NCBI GenBank assembly: GCA_039588295.1
Contig: JBDHAB010000002.1
Location: 128,001 to 192,000 of the forward strand
DNA from: Gemmatimonadota bacterium
GTDB taxonomy: Bacteria > Gemmatimonadota > Gemmatimonadetes > Gemmatimonadales > GWC2-71-9
Length of the DNA: 64,000 nucleotides
Direction of reading: 5' to 3'
A model generated the notes under the pieces. The model was not told where the DNA came from, ran no database searches, and was given only the letters and a program-made list of their open reading frames with translations. Below are positions 29,877 through 39,913 of this stretch, in pieces. Made by a program: the position numbers and the translations under genes. Positions within the stretch are counted from its first letter, which is position 1; each line of letters starts with the position of its first letter.

Positions 29877-30293
29877 CTAAGGGCTCACCTTGGGGGACAA
29901 CACAAAGGTGCCCGACATGTCGGGTCGTAGCTCGCCTTCGACCATCCCGGTGAAGCTCCCCTCGTGACTCCCGTCTGTCCGCTCGAGTCCGATGAACTGA
30001 ACGTTCACAAGTCCGCCGTTGGCGATGCGAGACATCTGGAACTTGAGGTCACCCTGCTCCGTGAGGAAGCATTCCGTCGTGAATCTCGAACCGTCGGGGA
30101 GACCGATCGTCAGCCACGTCGTACCGTCGTCTGTGTGCAGCAACACGTCAATCCGCGCGGGCTCGTCAGAACCGCTGACCGTCATTTCCAGAACGTGGGT
30201 CGGTTGTTCCTGCTGAAGCCCGGGGGGCGCCGACAAAGGACCGAAGAGAACAAGCGGTACCGCCAGCAACGGCAGAACCGGTACATATCTCAT
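29877..30293 (-). CDS. Hypothetical secreted protein
   Basis: Signal-like N-terminus; start overlaps the upstream stop. Confidence 0.6.
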   Translation of the reverse strand: MRYVPVLPLLAVPLVLFGPLSAPPGLQQEQPTHVLEMTVSGSDEPARIDVLLHTDDGTTWLTIGLPDGSRFTTECFLTEQGDLKFQMSRIANGGLVNVQFIGLERTDGSHEGSFTGMVEGELRPDMSGTFVLSPKVSP

Positions 30294-30697
30294 GGTTCAG
30301 TCTCCTGTGAGAGTCGCGCCGTCCCTCGCGCGGCGAGGACGGCACCCAATCCAACGGTGATCGTCGGTATGATGACGTACGTGAGCCCGATGTCCGCCAG
30401 GTAGTCGGTCAGGCTCATCTTCATGGGACCACCCAACAGCATCAGCGGCGCGTCGATCAGCACACAGATCACGAGCCAGAGCAGCCCGACCATAACGCCT
30501 TCCGTCACATAGTCGTGTGACACTCGTCGGAAGTAACTGACTCCCAGTGTCACCGCGGCCACGCTCACCGCGACGGGCATGATCGACTCGAAAAGGGGTC
30601 GTGAGGACTCACGGAGCGGAAACACGACAAACGCGACAGCAAACGGGATGAGCCAGATGAGGAAGCCAAGCAGAACCGCTCGGCGTACCGATGTCAT
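30290..30697 (-). CDS. Four-TM membrane protein
   Basis: Hydrophobic segments; strong RBS GAGGAG. Confidence 0.75.
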   Translation of the reverse strand: MTSVRRAVLLGFLIWLIPFAVAFVVFPLRESSRPLFESIMPVAVSVAAVTLGVSYFRRVSHDYVTEGVMVGLLWLVICVLIDAPLMLLGGPMKMSLTDYLADIGLTYVIIPTITVGLGAVLAARGTARLSQETEP

Positions 30698-30775
30698 GGT
30701 TCTCTCCTCAGATTCCGAGATGGTATTCCAGCGACTCGCAGGTCATCCGACGAGCGTCGGGAAACCGGCCGCGGC

Positions 30776-31114
30776 CTAGCGGACCTCGGCCGGCGGAGCC
30801 ATCCCGAACCCGCGTCTGAACTCCCAACCGCTGTCACCCACGACGAACACCAACGTCGAGACCGTCTCAGCCGAATCGCCGGCTTCGAGCGGCAACGTCA
30901 GCGGACCGTGCAGCAGCGCAACCTCGGGATGCACCCACATGAGTCGCAATGCGGAGGCATCGGCGGATTCAAACGCCGGCGGCTGTTCGGCCAGGGACAT
31001 GAGGGTGTCGCGGAGCGCAGATTGCTCTGTCTCGGTTGGCTGCCATTCAGTGCTTGGACGGCATGCCGCCGCAAGCGCAACGACAACGACGACGGTCAGC
31101 GGACGGAGCTTCAC
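30776..31114 (-). CDS. Hypothetical lipoprotein
   Basis: GTG start after GGAGG; LAAAC lipobox. Confidence 0.6.
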   Translation of the reverse strand: MKLRPLTVVVVVALAAACRPSTEWQPTETEQSALRDTLMSLAEQPPAFESADASALRLMWVHPEVALLHGPLTLPLEAGDSAETVSTLVFVVGDSGWEFRRGFGMAPPAEVR

Positions 31115-31158
31115 GGATACCTCCCTTCCAAGGAAGCCTACGACCTGGGGCTCGCGCG

Positions 31159-31782
31159 CTACCTGGCGCGACGCTCGGATAGATAATGATGCCACAGGAT
31201 CCGCGCCGCCACCGAGCGCCACGGCTTCCAGGCGACGGCGATGCGCTGCAATCGGTCGTTTGGGGGATGAGTCCGCAACCGTTTCACTTGCTTCACCGCC
31301 CCCGCGAGTGCCAAATCGCCGTCCGGCCACACGTCCGGCCGCCGCAGGGCCATGAGCAGGTAGATGTCGGCCGTCCACGGTCCGATTCCCCGAACCTCGA
31401 GCAACGCTTGTCGTGCCGTGGCGTCGTCGGCACGAGCGATCGTCCGGAGGTTGAGCGCTCCGGACACGATAAGCCGAGCCAGGTTGAGACAATAGTCCGC
31501 CTTCTGACGCGTGATGCCCCAGCGCCGCAGCTCAGTCAACGAGAGGCGAGCCACCCGCTGGGCCGTCACGCGTCCCACGGCCCGCTGCAGTCGGGTGAAG
31601 GCGGCGTCGGCCGATGCCAACGAGACTTGCTGCTCGAAGACGATCCGCAGGAGCGTGGCGAAGCCGGGTCTCCGTGCCCACATGGGTGGTGGGCCAATCC
31701 GCCCCACGACGGCGGCCAAGTCGTCGTCAGCGCAAAGCTCGGTGACCGCCGAGCGCAGAGCGTCCTGCGTGAGAGTCTGCGT
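31159..31782 (-). CDS. AlkA-family DNA-3-methyladenine glycosylase (apparent ACG start or lost start codon)
   Basis: EQQVSLASA, VRGIGPWTADIYL HhH, WPDGDLAL, WKPWRS; the open frame extends upstream to an ACG preceded by an RBS. Confidence 0.85.
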   Translation of the reverse strand, partial: TQTLTQDALRSAVTELCADDDLAAVVGRIGPPPMWARRPGFATLLRIVFEQQVSLASADAAFTRLQRAVGRVTAQRVARLSLTELRRWGITRQKADYCLNLARLIVSGALNLRTIARADDATARQALLEVRGIGPWTADIYLLMALRRPDVWPDGDLALAGAVKQVKRLRTHPPNDRLQRIAVAWKPWRSVAARILWHHYLSERRAR

Positions 31783-31936
31783 GGTGGGCTCCTGTAGGTC
31801 TCGGGGATCGCCTGACGCCTTGCAGCTAGGCTACGGGCACCGTGTCGCATCTGCAAGTGGAACTCAAAGGCAGTTACGGTGTGGCCGCGCCGATCCGCAC
31901 GGCGAACCGTCCGCTGGACGGAGGGTACGCTCTCGG

Positions 31937-34525
31937 TCAGGCCCCCCCGGAGGGGGAACCACGCGAGCGGCGGTACTGCTCTGCCCGGTCCGCCTTCCCC
32001 CATGCCTCGTAGAGCGTGACCAGGCGTCCGAGCGCATCCCGCGTATACCGATCCTCGGGTCCGGGACCGGCATGCAGTGCCGTGTAGCTTTCGAGCAGCA
32101 GGCGTTCGGCTTCGGCAAACCGTCCCATCGCCGTGAGGCAGCTACCGAGCGTGGCTTTGGCGAACGCGGTCCACGCGTGATCGGGACCGAGCGTTTCAGT
32201 GTAGATCTGCAGTTTGCGACGCTCGAAGGGCTCAGCCGCGACAGGGTCGCCGATATTCATGTGGAAGCGGCCAAGGGCGCCATGTGCGGCTCCTACCCGC
32301 CAGTGCCCGTCAGGCCAGTGGTCCTCTGCAACTCGAATTCCCTCTTGGAGAACTGCCTGCGTCTCATCATGCTTCTCCTGCTTATCCAAGACGCTGGCCA
32401 GGTTGTTGAGCAGCATGATCACATTCGGAGCGACTCCCCACTGGCGCTCCAACGTTAGGGCCTCACTGTATAGCCGCTCTGCCCGTGCGAATTCCTCCTT
32501 TGTTCTGTAGAGGAACGCCAGATTGTTGAGCGCTGGACCGAGCAGCCGAGCACCCGAATCCCCGTGGCTCCGCAGCTGTGGGATGGCGGTTTGGTAATGA
32601 TGCTCGGCCGAATCCAGCTCTCCTTTGGCGCGGAGGACAAACGCCAGATCCACAAGTGCCGAAACCGTCTGGAAATCCTCTTCGCCCAGCACTCCACGGC
32701 GCAGGTCCAACACCTCCCGCATCAGCGTTTCCGCAGAATCCGGATTGCCCAATTCGCGGAGCGCGAGCGCCAGTCTCTGAAGCGTGACACTCATCTTCAT
32801 GGGATCGTCGTTCAGCCGTTGGCGCAGCTCGAGCGCCTCAGTGTAGAGCGATTCCGCTGCCTCGTACCCGCGCCTCAACAACAGCGCCAACGCGAGCTGT
32901 TCCAGGCCATCTGCCACCTCGAGGTGCTCGGCGCCGTGAGCCTGTCGCAAGAGGGCGAGCGCATCACGACGGAGCTCCACCTCCTCGTCATACAGGCCAA
33001 GGTTGTGGTACACTCGTCCCAGTACGTCCATCATTCTCGACCGTATCACCGGCTGTTCTGCCAGCATATCGTTCACCTGCTCTGTGCCGCGATCGAGCAG
33101 GGTCCGCACCCGAACGGTGTCACCAAACCCCTCAACCGGATCCGCCGTCTTGAAGAGATCGACCAGCAGGGTCGATACCTGCTCTGTCGTTTCTGCTTCC
33201 TGGGCGATCGCTCGGGACTGCGCGGCGGTGGTGACCGCAAACCGCGCCGCGAGCGCTGCCAGCGCCACGATCATGGCGGCGAACACGGCGCCGGCCGCAA
33301 CGGCAATCTTGTTCCGCTGGACAAACCGCGATGTGCGGTAGCGTAGCGTGTCCTTCTGGGCGGTCACCGGTAGGCCGGCTCGATATCGACGGATGTCGTC
33401 GGCAAAGTGGGAGACAAGGGCGTAGCGCCGTCCGGGCTCCTTGCGGAGCGCCATCAGAATGATCCGGTCGAGATCGCCCGTGAGTTGCCGACCAAGCCGT
33501 TGCACGGTGGTGTCGCGATCCTCAGCCACGGAAGCCACCGACATCGACGTTCCTGCAGGATCGACTTCCACCTCGCGCCTGATCACGTCGCTGGGTGGCG
33601 GCGGTTCCTCACCGCAGATAGTGCGCTCCGCGTCGGAGGGCGAGCTGAAGGAAGCGGGATACGGGTGATGCCCGGTGAGCAGCCTGTAGAGCAAGATTCC
33701 CAGGGCGTACACGTCGCTCGCCGTGGTGATCGCCTCGCCCCGCACTTGCTCCGGACTCGCATAGGCCAGGGTCATTGGATGCACGCGCTGGCTAAACGTC
33801 GGGCCTCCTTCCAGACGTTCCCGGTCGAGCATTCTCGCAATTCCGAAGTCCAGCAGTTTGACGTCGCCCGAGGTCGTGACCAGGATGTTGCCAGGTTTCA
33901 GGTCGCGGTGCACAACGAGGTTCTGGTGGGCGTGCTGCACCGCCTCGCACACCCGGAGGAAGAGCTCCAACCGGCGGTCGACGCCCAGCCGGCGCCGATC
34001 ACAGTACTCGTCGATCGGCGTGCCTTCGACGTGCTCCATCACGTAGTAGGGCGTACCATCCTCCGTCACGCCGCCATCCAGTAGTCGCGCGATCCCGGGA
34101 TGCTCGAGCCGTGCGAGGATCTGCCGCTCGAGAAGAAAGCGGTGTCGGGACTCTTCGGAGTCCATCCCCAGCGGGAGGAGCTTCAGCGCCGTCTGCATCT
34201 CGAACTGCCGGTCGTCCCGCTCGGCCAGGTAGACGACACCCATCCCACCCCGGCCGATCAGCCGGACGAGCCGGTAGTTGCCGATGTGCCTACCCTCGAA
34301 GTTCTCGTCTCCTGAATCGTCGGCGGTCGGCACACCGACGCGACCGGCGAGGCCAGCGAAGTAGTCACCCGCCGAATCCGCGGAGTCGAGCAGGGACGCG
34401 ACCTCTCGCATGAGCTCTTCGTCGTCGCGACACACTCGCGCGACGTACCGCGCTCGCTCCTCTGACGGCTGCTCGAGTGCGGTGGCGAAGATCTTCTCAA
34501 TCCGCTGCCAACGTTCCGGTGTCAT
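31937..34525 (-). CDS. Hanks-type Ser/Thr kinase with TM segment and C-terminal TPRs
   Basis: GRGGMGVV, HRDLKPGN, DFG, YASPEQ; TPR-like helical repeats. Confidence 0.95.
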   Translation of the reverse strand: MTPERWQRIEKIFATALEQPSEERARYVARVCRDDEELMREVASLLDSADSAGDYFAGLAGRVGVPTADDSGDENFEGRHIGNYRLVRLIGRGGMGVVYLAERDDRQFEMQTALKLLPLGMDSEESRHRFLLERQILARLEHPGIARLLDGGVTEDGTPYYVMEHVEGTPIDEYCDRRRLGVDRRLELFLRVCEAVQHAHQNLVVHRDLKPGNILVTTSGDVKLLDFGIARMLDRERLEGGPTFSQRVHPMTLAYASPEQVRGEAITTASDVYALGILLYRLLTGHHPYPASFSSPSDAERTICGEEPPPPSDVIRREVEVDPAGTSMSVASVAEDRDTTVQRLGRQLTGDLDRIILMALRKEPGRRYALVSHFADDIRRYRAGLPVTAQKDTLRYRTSRFVQRNKIAVAAGAVFAAMIVALAALAARFAVTTAAQSRAIAQEAETTEQVSTLLVDLFKTADPVEGFGDTVRVRTLLDRGTEQVNDMLAEQPVIRSRMMDVLGRVYHNLGLYDEEVELRRDALALLRQAHGAEHLEVADGLEQLALALLLRRGYEAAESLYTEALELRQRLNDDPMKMSVTLQRLALALRELGNPDSAETLMREVLDLRRGVLGEEDFQTVSALVDLAFVLRAKGELDSAEHHYQTAIPQLRSHGDSGARLLGPALNNLAFLYRTKEEFARAERLYSEALTLERQWGVAPNVIMLLNNLASVLDKQEKHDETQAVLQEGIRVAEDHWPDGHWRVGAAHGALGRFHMNIGDPVAAEPFERRKLQIYTETLGPDHAWTAFAKATLGSCLTAMGRFAEAERLLLESYTALHAGPGPEDRYTRDALGRLVTLYEAWGKADRAEQYRRSRGSPSGGA

Positions 34526-34530
34526 AGCTC

Positions 34531-35100
34531 CTACATGAGCGTCATTTGGATTTCCCGGTGGAGCCAGGCACTCGCGAGTTTCCAGTCACGCTTCACGGTC
34601 GCGGGGGAAACGCGTAGCGTATCCGCCGTTTCGTCGATCGAAAGACCGGCATAGAATCTCGCCTCGACCACCCGGACCTGTCGTTCCGATACTTCTGCCA
34701 ATCGATCGAGCGCCTCGTGCAAAGCGATGACTTCATCGGCAACTTCTTGGCTCACCGGATTGAAATCGTCCAGTGATAACGGGTCCACACCGCCCCCGCG
34801 CTTGGCAGCGCGCCGCTGCTCGGCATAGTTGACCAGGACATGGCGCATGGCCCTGGATGCCACAGCGAGGAAATGCGCCCGGTCGTTCCAGCGCGCCGTA
34901 CGCTGATCCACGAGCTTGAGATACGCCTCGTGCACCAGCGCCGTGGTATCGAGCGTGGTGTTGCCGCTCCAACGTCGCCGCTGTACATGAGCAAGCCGCC
35001 GCAATTCGGCATACACCAACTCGAAGACCTCATGGAGCGCTTCGCGATTTCCCTGCTCCGCAGCGCGAAGCCGCGCCGTGATCTCCTCTGGTGGGCGCAT
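34531..35100 (-). CDS. ECF sigma factor, kinase-associated (TIGR02999-type)
   Basis: TLDTTALVHEAYLKL, AMRHVLV, KRGGG, SPATVKRDW. Confidence 0.92.
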   Translation of the reverse strand: MRPPEEITARLRAAEQGNREALHEVFELVYAELRRLAHVQRRRWSGNTTLDTTALVHEAYLKLVDQRTARWNDRAHFLAVASRAMRHVLVNYAEQRRAAKRGGGVDPLSLDDFNPVSQEVADEVIALHEALDRLAEVSERQVRVVEARFYAGLSIDETADTLRVSPATVKRDWKLASAWLHREIQMTLM

Positions 35101-35368
35101 ACACGAGAAGGTGCAGGCGCTCCTCAATCAGGTCAACAGAATTCGGAGGAGAAACGGCTCAAGCAGTGAGCGGGGGAATCCAATCGGGAGCGGGAGAGTC
35201 GGGATCGAGCGGTTCGTCATCGTTGAAGGACACCGCATGTCTCGGCGAACGGACGCGGCTGCGACGCAGAGCATCCGTAACCGACCGGCGCACAAAGAGT
35301 TGGCGAATGGCCTGCGGTGGCGCAGTAGTTGCGGCGCTGTGATTTGTCCCATTAAGAGGGCCGTTCAC

Positions 35369-35785
35369 ATGTTCCGCGCATTGATGATCGCGCTACCCGG
35401 GTCGCTCCTCATCATGTCCTGCGCCACCGTCGGAGGTCTCCGCAACGAGCCCCTGGACCAAGGCATCGCCAGGCGGTTCGCCGTTCCCTTCGACTCCGTG
35501 ATGGCCGTCGTTCCCGATGCCGTGCTCGCCGCAGGGCTGGGGCTCGAAGAATCGGAGTGCTACACTGATTCCGTGTGTGTGGTGATCGGCACCGAAGGCA
35601 TATCGGTGGGTCCATCAGGCAGCATGGGAAGCATGGCGCGGGTGGTCGTGGAGGCCTCGGGAGAGGCTACCATCGTTCGGGTGCTCAGTCGCCGCCGGAT
35701 CGCGAGCCAGGTGGCTGCGAAGGAGGACTATTCGCCCGAGATCCTCAGCCAGATTGCCGTGCGCTTAGGTGTGCCCGTGCCGTAG
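35369..35785 (+). CDS. Hypothetical lipoprotein
   Basis: LIMSC lipobox after a hydrophobic N-terminus. Confidence 0.6.
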   Translation: MFRALMIALPGSLLIMSCATVGGLRNEPLDQGIARRFAVPFDSVMAVVPDAVLAAGLGLEESECYTDSVCVVIGTEGISVGPSGSMGSMARVVVEASGEATIVRVLSRRRIASQVAAKEDYSPEILSQIAVRLGVPVP

Positions 35786-35795
35786 CGCCAACACT

Positions 35796-36083
35796 TCACG
35801 CGCCCTCGACGAGAACCATCTCTGTCGTCGCGGATGCGTGCCGGAGCACCTTCGCCGGACGATAGTCCTCGGAACTCCACCATTCCTTCGCGCGCTGGAG
35901 CGTTGGGAACTCCAGCACGACGACCCGGTTCGGCTCTCTGCTCCCTTCGAGCTTCTCGGCTGCGCCTCCCCGAACGACATACCGTCCGCCATAAGCCGTA
36001 ACGGTTGGAGCAGCGAGCTTCTTATACTCCTCATACCGAATCGGGTCCTTGATCGTGACGTCGACTATGACATAGGCTGTCAT
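35796..36083 (-). CDS. DUF1330 domain protein
   Basis: YGGRYVVRGG..LEG..RVVVLEFP. Confidence 0.92.
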   Translation of the reverse strand: MTAYVIVDVTIKDPIRYEEYKKLAAPTVTAYGGRYVVRGGAAEKLEGSREPNRVVVLEFPTLQRAKEWWSSEDYRPAKVLRHASATTEMVLVEGA

Positions 36084-36107
36084 CGGATACCATCCTGAAA
36101 ACGTGGC

Positions 36108-36716
36108 CTAGCTCACGCGTCCTACTTCTCCCGAGCGCACGAGATGCTCGAGCGCGACTGCCGGACACAGATGATCGTCGATGTAGTCGAGCAAGACAGC
36201 CGCCACGCCGCGAACGGCCTTTTCCGTCGCTGCGTCCGTACATCGTCCGGTTTCATCGAACACCTGCTGGACGCTTGCCACCGAGACCGGACCGGGCAGG
36301 ACGAGTGCACCGACGTGCGAGCAGACGCCGCGGAGCTGTTCCAGTGACTTGATGGCTCCGATGCGACCCGCCGCGACCCCGAGCAACGCAACGGGCTTGC
36401 GAGCCAACCGCGAGGGGAAACCCAGGTTTTCAAGCATAAGCTTGAGCGCACTCGCAAATGACCCGTGGTATTCAGGCGTGGCGATTACCACACCCGTCGC
36501 GGCGGCGACGATTTGCTGCAGTTTGACGGCGTCAGCGGTCTCCGGCTCGCCTGGAAAGCCCAGCGTCATATCGGCCGGGTCGATACACGTCACGGGAATG
36601 CCTCGCTTGGTCAACTCGTCGTTGACGAGACTCAACGCCTTCGCCGTGTAGTTGCCGGGTCGTGCCGTCCCAATGATGGTCGCGACGTTGAGTCGGGCGT
36701 CTTCGGTCACGTGCAC
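36108..36716 (-). CDS. NADPH-dependent FMN reductase
   Basis: GTARPG and TPEYHGSFASALK flavodoxin-like motifs. Confidence 0.9.
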   Translation of the reverse strand: MHVTEDARLNVATIIGTARPGNYTAKALSLVNDELTKRGIPVTCIDPADMTLGFPGEPETADAVKLQQIVAAATGVVIATPEYHGSFASALKLMLENLGFPSRLARKPVALLGVAAGRIGAIKSLEQLRGVCSHVGALVLPGPVSVASVQQVFDETGRCTDAATEKAVRGVAAVLLDYIDDHLCPAVALEHLVRSGEVGRVS

Positions 36717-36749
36717 TCCTCGGTAGTGAGAGGCAGATCGCGCGGGATC

Positions 36750-37445
36750 TCAGTCGGACACCGTAAACCGATGCCACGTTCCATCGCGATAGTAGTACAG
36801 CACACCCGCCTTCTCGTAGTAGGACACGATAAACGCATCGGTAGTCAACACCAGGACTTCGGTCTCCCACGGCGATTTGACCGTGCCAGGGCCGACCCTG
36901 GACAGTCCTTCACCGAGACCGAGGTACAGGTCACGGGCTTCGTCAGGTTCGGTCCGGAAGCGACGGACCTCGTTTGGGAGTGGCGACAGCACGTCGAGCT
37001 CGCTGACTTGCGATCCTCCAGAAGACGAGAGGATCACGAGTCGTCGTCCGGTTTCGTGATTGTCACCGTCGATGACGACGTCCCGAACCGTGTCACCGTT
37101 GAAATCACCGATCACCGCGAACGGTGCTTCGTGCGCCGAGAATTCGTAAAGATCGGACCCGCACCCCTGGCAAGGCGCTTCACGCCATAGCCACGGGGGG
37201 TAGTCGCTCAGCTGCCGCGGCTCGAAGGCCGCATCGAATCGCTGAAGAGCGGTGGCCATCTCGTCCGGCAGGACTATGACCGGCCGATCGTCCTGTAACA
37301 CGAGCGACTGTCCACCGACTGGAGTCGTGGCCCCGATAGCGAGAAATGCGGCGAGGCTCAACGCGCGATTCACCCGGGGCCCTAGGAAGGAGCGCTCGCC
37401 GCCCAGGACTACTCGAAGCGCGCGGTCGTCAGTCGTTGCGGCCAT
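36750..37445 (-). CDS. Hypothetical secreted protein with an FG-GAP-like motif
   Basis: GDFNGD..D motif; RBS GGAGG. Confidence 0.65.
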   Translation of the reverse strand: MAATTDDRALRVVLGGERSFLGPRVNRALSLAAFLAIGATTPVGGQSLVLQDDRPVIVLPDEMATALQRFDAAFEPRQLSDYPPWLWREAPCQGCGSDLYEFSAHEAPFAVIGDFNGDTVRDVVIDGDNHETGRRLVILSSSGGSQVSELDVLSPLPNEVRRFRTEPDEARDLYLGLGEGLSRVGPGTVKSPWETEVLVLTTDAFIVSYYEKAGVLYYYRDGTWHRFTVSD

Positions 37446-37595
37446 TGGATGTCCTCCGAGCCCACGGGGTCAGTGCCTCAGTAGGAGTCAGCGTTCTCGA
37501 GTCACTCGGTGACCGGCCCTTCTTCGGTGAACAGAGGAAACTTGTCTCCGGCGTTCTGCATTGCGCCAATGCAGACGTACTGGACCGAGATTCGG

Positions 37596-37967
37596 TCACA
37601 AGCCTCGAGCCTGCTCGACTGGTGCGGCCCGACCCCCTCCCACCACCCGAACCACCCGCGCGATGACCCACGCAAGGCCCCACGCGAGGACTTCGTAGAG
37701 CGAGACCATCACCCCGACACCCGCCAGGCCGCTTAGGATATTGCCCCCCGGGCTCAGCGCGTCGGCCGTCAGCCCCTCCCTGTAGGCGTCGAATTCCTCG
37801 ACGTACTCGTCGTAGGTGATGCTGTCGGCGCGCGCTACGTTCGCGCGATCCTCCACAATCATCGCGTACCCCAGCACTGCCCCCAGTGTGATTACCAGGA
37901 TCGTCTTGGCAATGCCACGGTAGGAACGCGGTCCGGGAAATCGAAACGTGAGCGTGGCCTCGGGCAT
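37596..37967 (-). CDS. Hypothetical two-TM membrane protein
   Basis: ATG after GGAG; two hydrophobic helices. Confidence 0.6.
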   Translation of the reverse strand: MPEATLTFRFPGPRSYRGIAKTILVITLGAVLGYAMIVEDRANVARADSITYDEYVEEFDAYREGLTADALSPGGNILSGLAGVGVMVSLYEVLAWGLAWVIARVVRVVGGGRAAPVEQARGL

Positions 37968-38223
37968 CAGGGTCTCCAGGGAAGAGGGCCGCGCGAGTGA
38001 CTCGCGGGTTCGTTCGTTGCTCGTTCGGCGGCACCCCAATAGGACCGCCGCGAATCTCGGGCCGGTCGATCTACGCGATGGACCCCCGGCCAACACGACG
38101 TGGCTTCACCTTCGGCAGCCCCCTCGATCAGCGGTGCCGGTAGGGTCCAAGCGGGCGCAATGCCTACCTCCTTGTCGTCCGTTGTCAGTCGGCCTCCTGG
38201 AACCGTCCGTGGGCCCCAGCGAC

Positions 38224-38730
38224 CTACATCCTGTAGATCCGAAACGTCTTGATGTATCCCTTCGAGGTCAACTCAATTTCTCGTCCGACGGTGCCCAGCT
38301 CGTAGAACAACACGGTCTCGTCATCGTCGTCATCCTGCCGCACGGGCTTTCCGAACACGCTGATGACATCGCTCACCCGCCTCAGCGATTCGCCTGAGAG
38401 ATCGCTGCCCGCGAAGCGGATGACGCCTCGGTAGGGTTGGAACTCGGGGAAGAGCCAGTCGGGTATGGTGACGACGACGAAGTTGTCAATCGTCTCTCCA
38501 CCGGGCGTGTCGGTCTCCACCACCAGGCCCAGCTCTCGAAACTCGAAGCAACTCGGCGAGCGCCAATCGGCATACGCCGGACCAAGAAACGAGAGCCCGC
38601 GAAGCGAGTCACCCAGGCCGACTCCGTTGATCGTGTTCGCGTCGAGGTCGAGCTCGAGGGCTACCGTACGCTCTCTCACCCACCCTTCGGTTGGATTCGG
38701 TGGTTTTCGGAATCGATCGAGGAGCCCCAT
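38224..38730 (-). CDS. Hypothetical protein
   Basis: 168-aa ORF with normal composition, in the tract orientation. Confidence 0.65.
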   Translation of the reverse strand: MGLLDRFRKPPNPTEGWVRERTVALELDLDANTINGVGLGDSLRGLSFLGPAYADWRSPSCFEFRELGLVVETDTPGGETIDNFVVVTIPDWLFPEFQPYRGVIRFAGSDLSGESLRRVSDVISVFGKPVRQDDDDDETVLFYELGTVGREIELTSKGYIKTFRIYRM

Positions 38731-38767
38731 GTTCTCGCAGCCGCTCAGCGCCCGGGAGCCGGCCAGC

Positions 38768-39355
38768 TCATGGCGTCTCGGCGTGGTCTGCCTCAGTACA
38801 ATTGGGCATCACATCGTATCCAAGGTAGTAGTAGAAGTGCCAACGGCGTGGATCGGTGGGGGCTTCGCCCGACCAAACGGTGATGTGCAGACCCTCCGTA
38901 CTCGTGCACATCCGAAGTCGCTCACGCGTTCCGTCGGCGTCGAGATCACCCAACAGGCCACCATTCTCAATGTAGAGCCGCTCTGCTCCACCGAAGACGG
39001 CGACCAACGGCCCGGGGCCTGTGCGCAGCTCTTCCGACGGAGTGACTCGATACCGGACCGTCGACTGCCCCGCATGAAGCTCTCCACACGACCCTGGTTC
39101 CGGACCGCGTACCGTGACATGACCGACTACGGGCGCCTCCGCACTTCCGACGAGCGGGACGGAGGCGGTCTCGAGTGTGGTTCCGGAGTCCAGGTCCGCC
39201 CTGGGGATGACGAGGCAGTGTACGCCATCCAGATCTCGGACGACCACACCTACGTCAGTTGCGAACGCGAATTGGGGCGGCTCAGGGGGAGCGCAAGCCA
39301 GGGTTAGGAGCACCAAGGCACTCGGGACTGACCGGATGGATGGGGATTGGCTCAT
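38768..39355 (-). CDS. Hypothetical lipoprotein
   Basis: LTLAC lipobox; DLDADG motif; Cys-containing C-terminus. Confidence 0.7.
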   Translation of the reverse strand: MSQSPSIRSVPSALVLLTLACAPPEPPQFAFATDVGVVVRDLDGVHCLVIPRADLDSGTTLETASVPLVGSAEAPVVGHVTVRGPEPGSCGELHAGQSTVRYRVTPSEELRTGPGPLVAVFGGAERLYIENGGLLGDLDADGTRERLRMCTSTEGLHITVWSGEAPTDPRRWHFYYYLGYDVMPNCTEADHAETP

Positions 39356-39418
39356 GACGGCCTTTGGGTCACGACAGGACAGAAGAAGGGGTTCACGCTG
39401 CGTCAGCCTGTGCAAAGC

Positions 39419-39445
39419 ACTTAACGGTTCGCAGCTCGCCGGCTG
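39419..39445 (-). repeat. attC-like right half-site (degenerate)
   Basis: Minus strand GCCGGCGAGCTGCGAACC-GTTAAGT; exact GTTRRRY upstream of a gene start. Confidence 0.45.
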
Positions 39446-39482
39446 GCGTGTCTTTCAACCGTCGGTGCAGAAACGGCAAGAG

Positions 39483-39902
39483 TCAACTCGCCATCTTGAT
39501 GGCCGCAAGCTTCACAACGATGCGCAGGTCCTTCTTGTTCCTGACCTCGACACGAACGCCTCTGCCCTCCACGTACTGTCTCGCGCTGTCTATGGCGTCG
39601 AGAAGTGCTTTCGGCAAGTCACTTTGGTGCGCGGCCCGGACGGCCTTCTCACCGAGTACGAAAGCGACGATGAAGTAGCGTCTGCAGGGGATCATGTAGA
39701 GAACGGTTCGCTGCTTCCGCTTCAGGCGCAGTGCCCACCCGGCTTTCTGTCCTGAGAAGCCCCAGTGTTCGGTCACAGGTTCGTACCGCGAAGAGACATG
39801 CGCTCTCAGTTCCTTCCAGAGACCACCGCTACGTCCGAGCGTTTCTGCCAACTCGCGGTCGCGCGGCGAGTGCGACTTGTCGTCAAACGCGCTCAGGGCC
39901 AT
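39483..39902 (-). CDS. DUF3788 domain protein
   Basis: GWALRLK..RTVLYMIP, YVEGRGVR. Confidence 0.8.
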   Translation of the reverse strand: MALSAFDDKSHSPRDRELAETLGRSGGLWKELRAHVSSRYEPVTEHWGFSGQKAGWALRLKRKQRTVLYMIPCRRYFIVAFVLGEKAVRAAHQSDLPKALLDAIDSARQYVEGRGVRVEVRNKKDLRIVVKLAAIKMAS

Positions 39903-39913
39903 CGACAAACATC

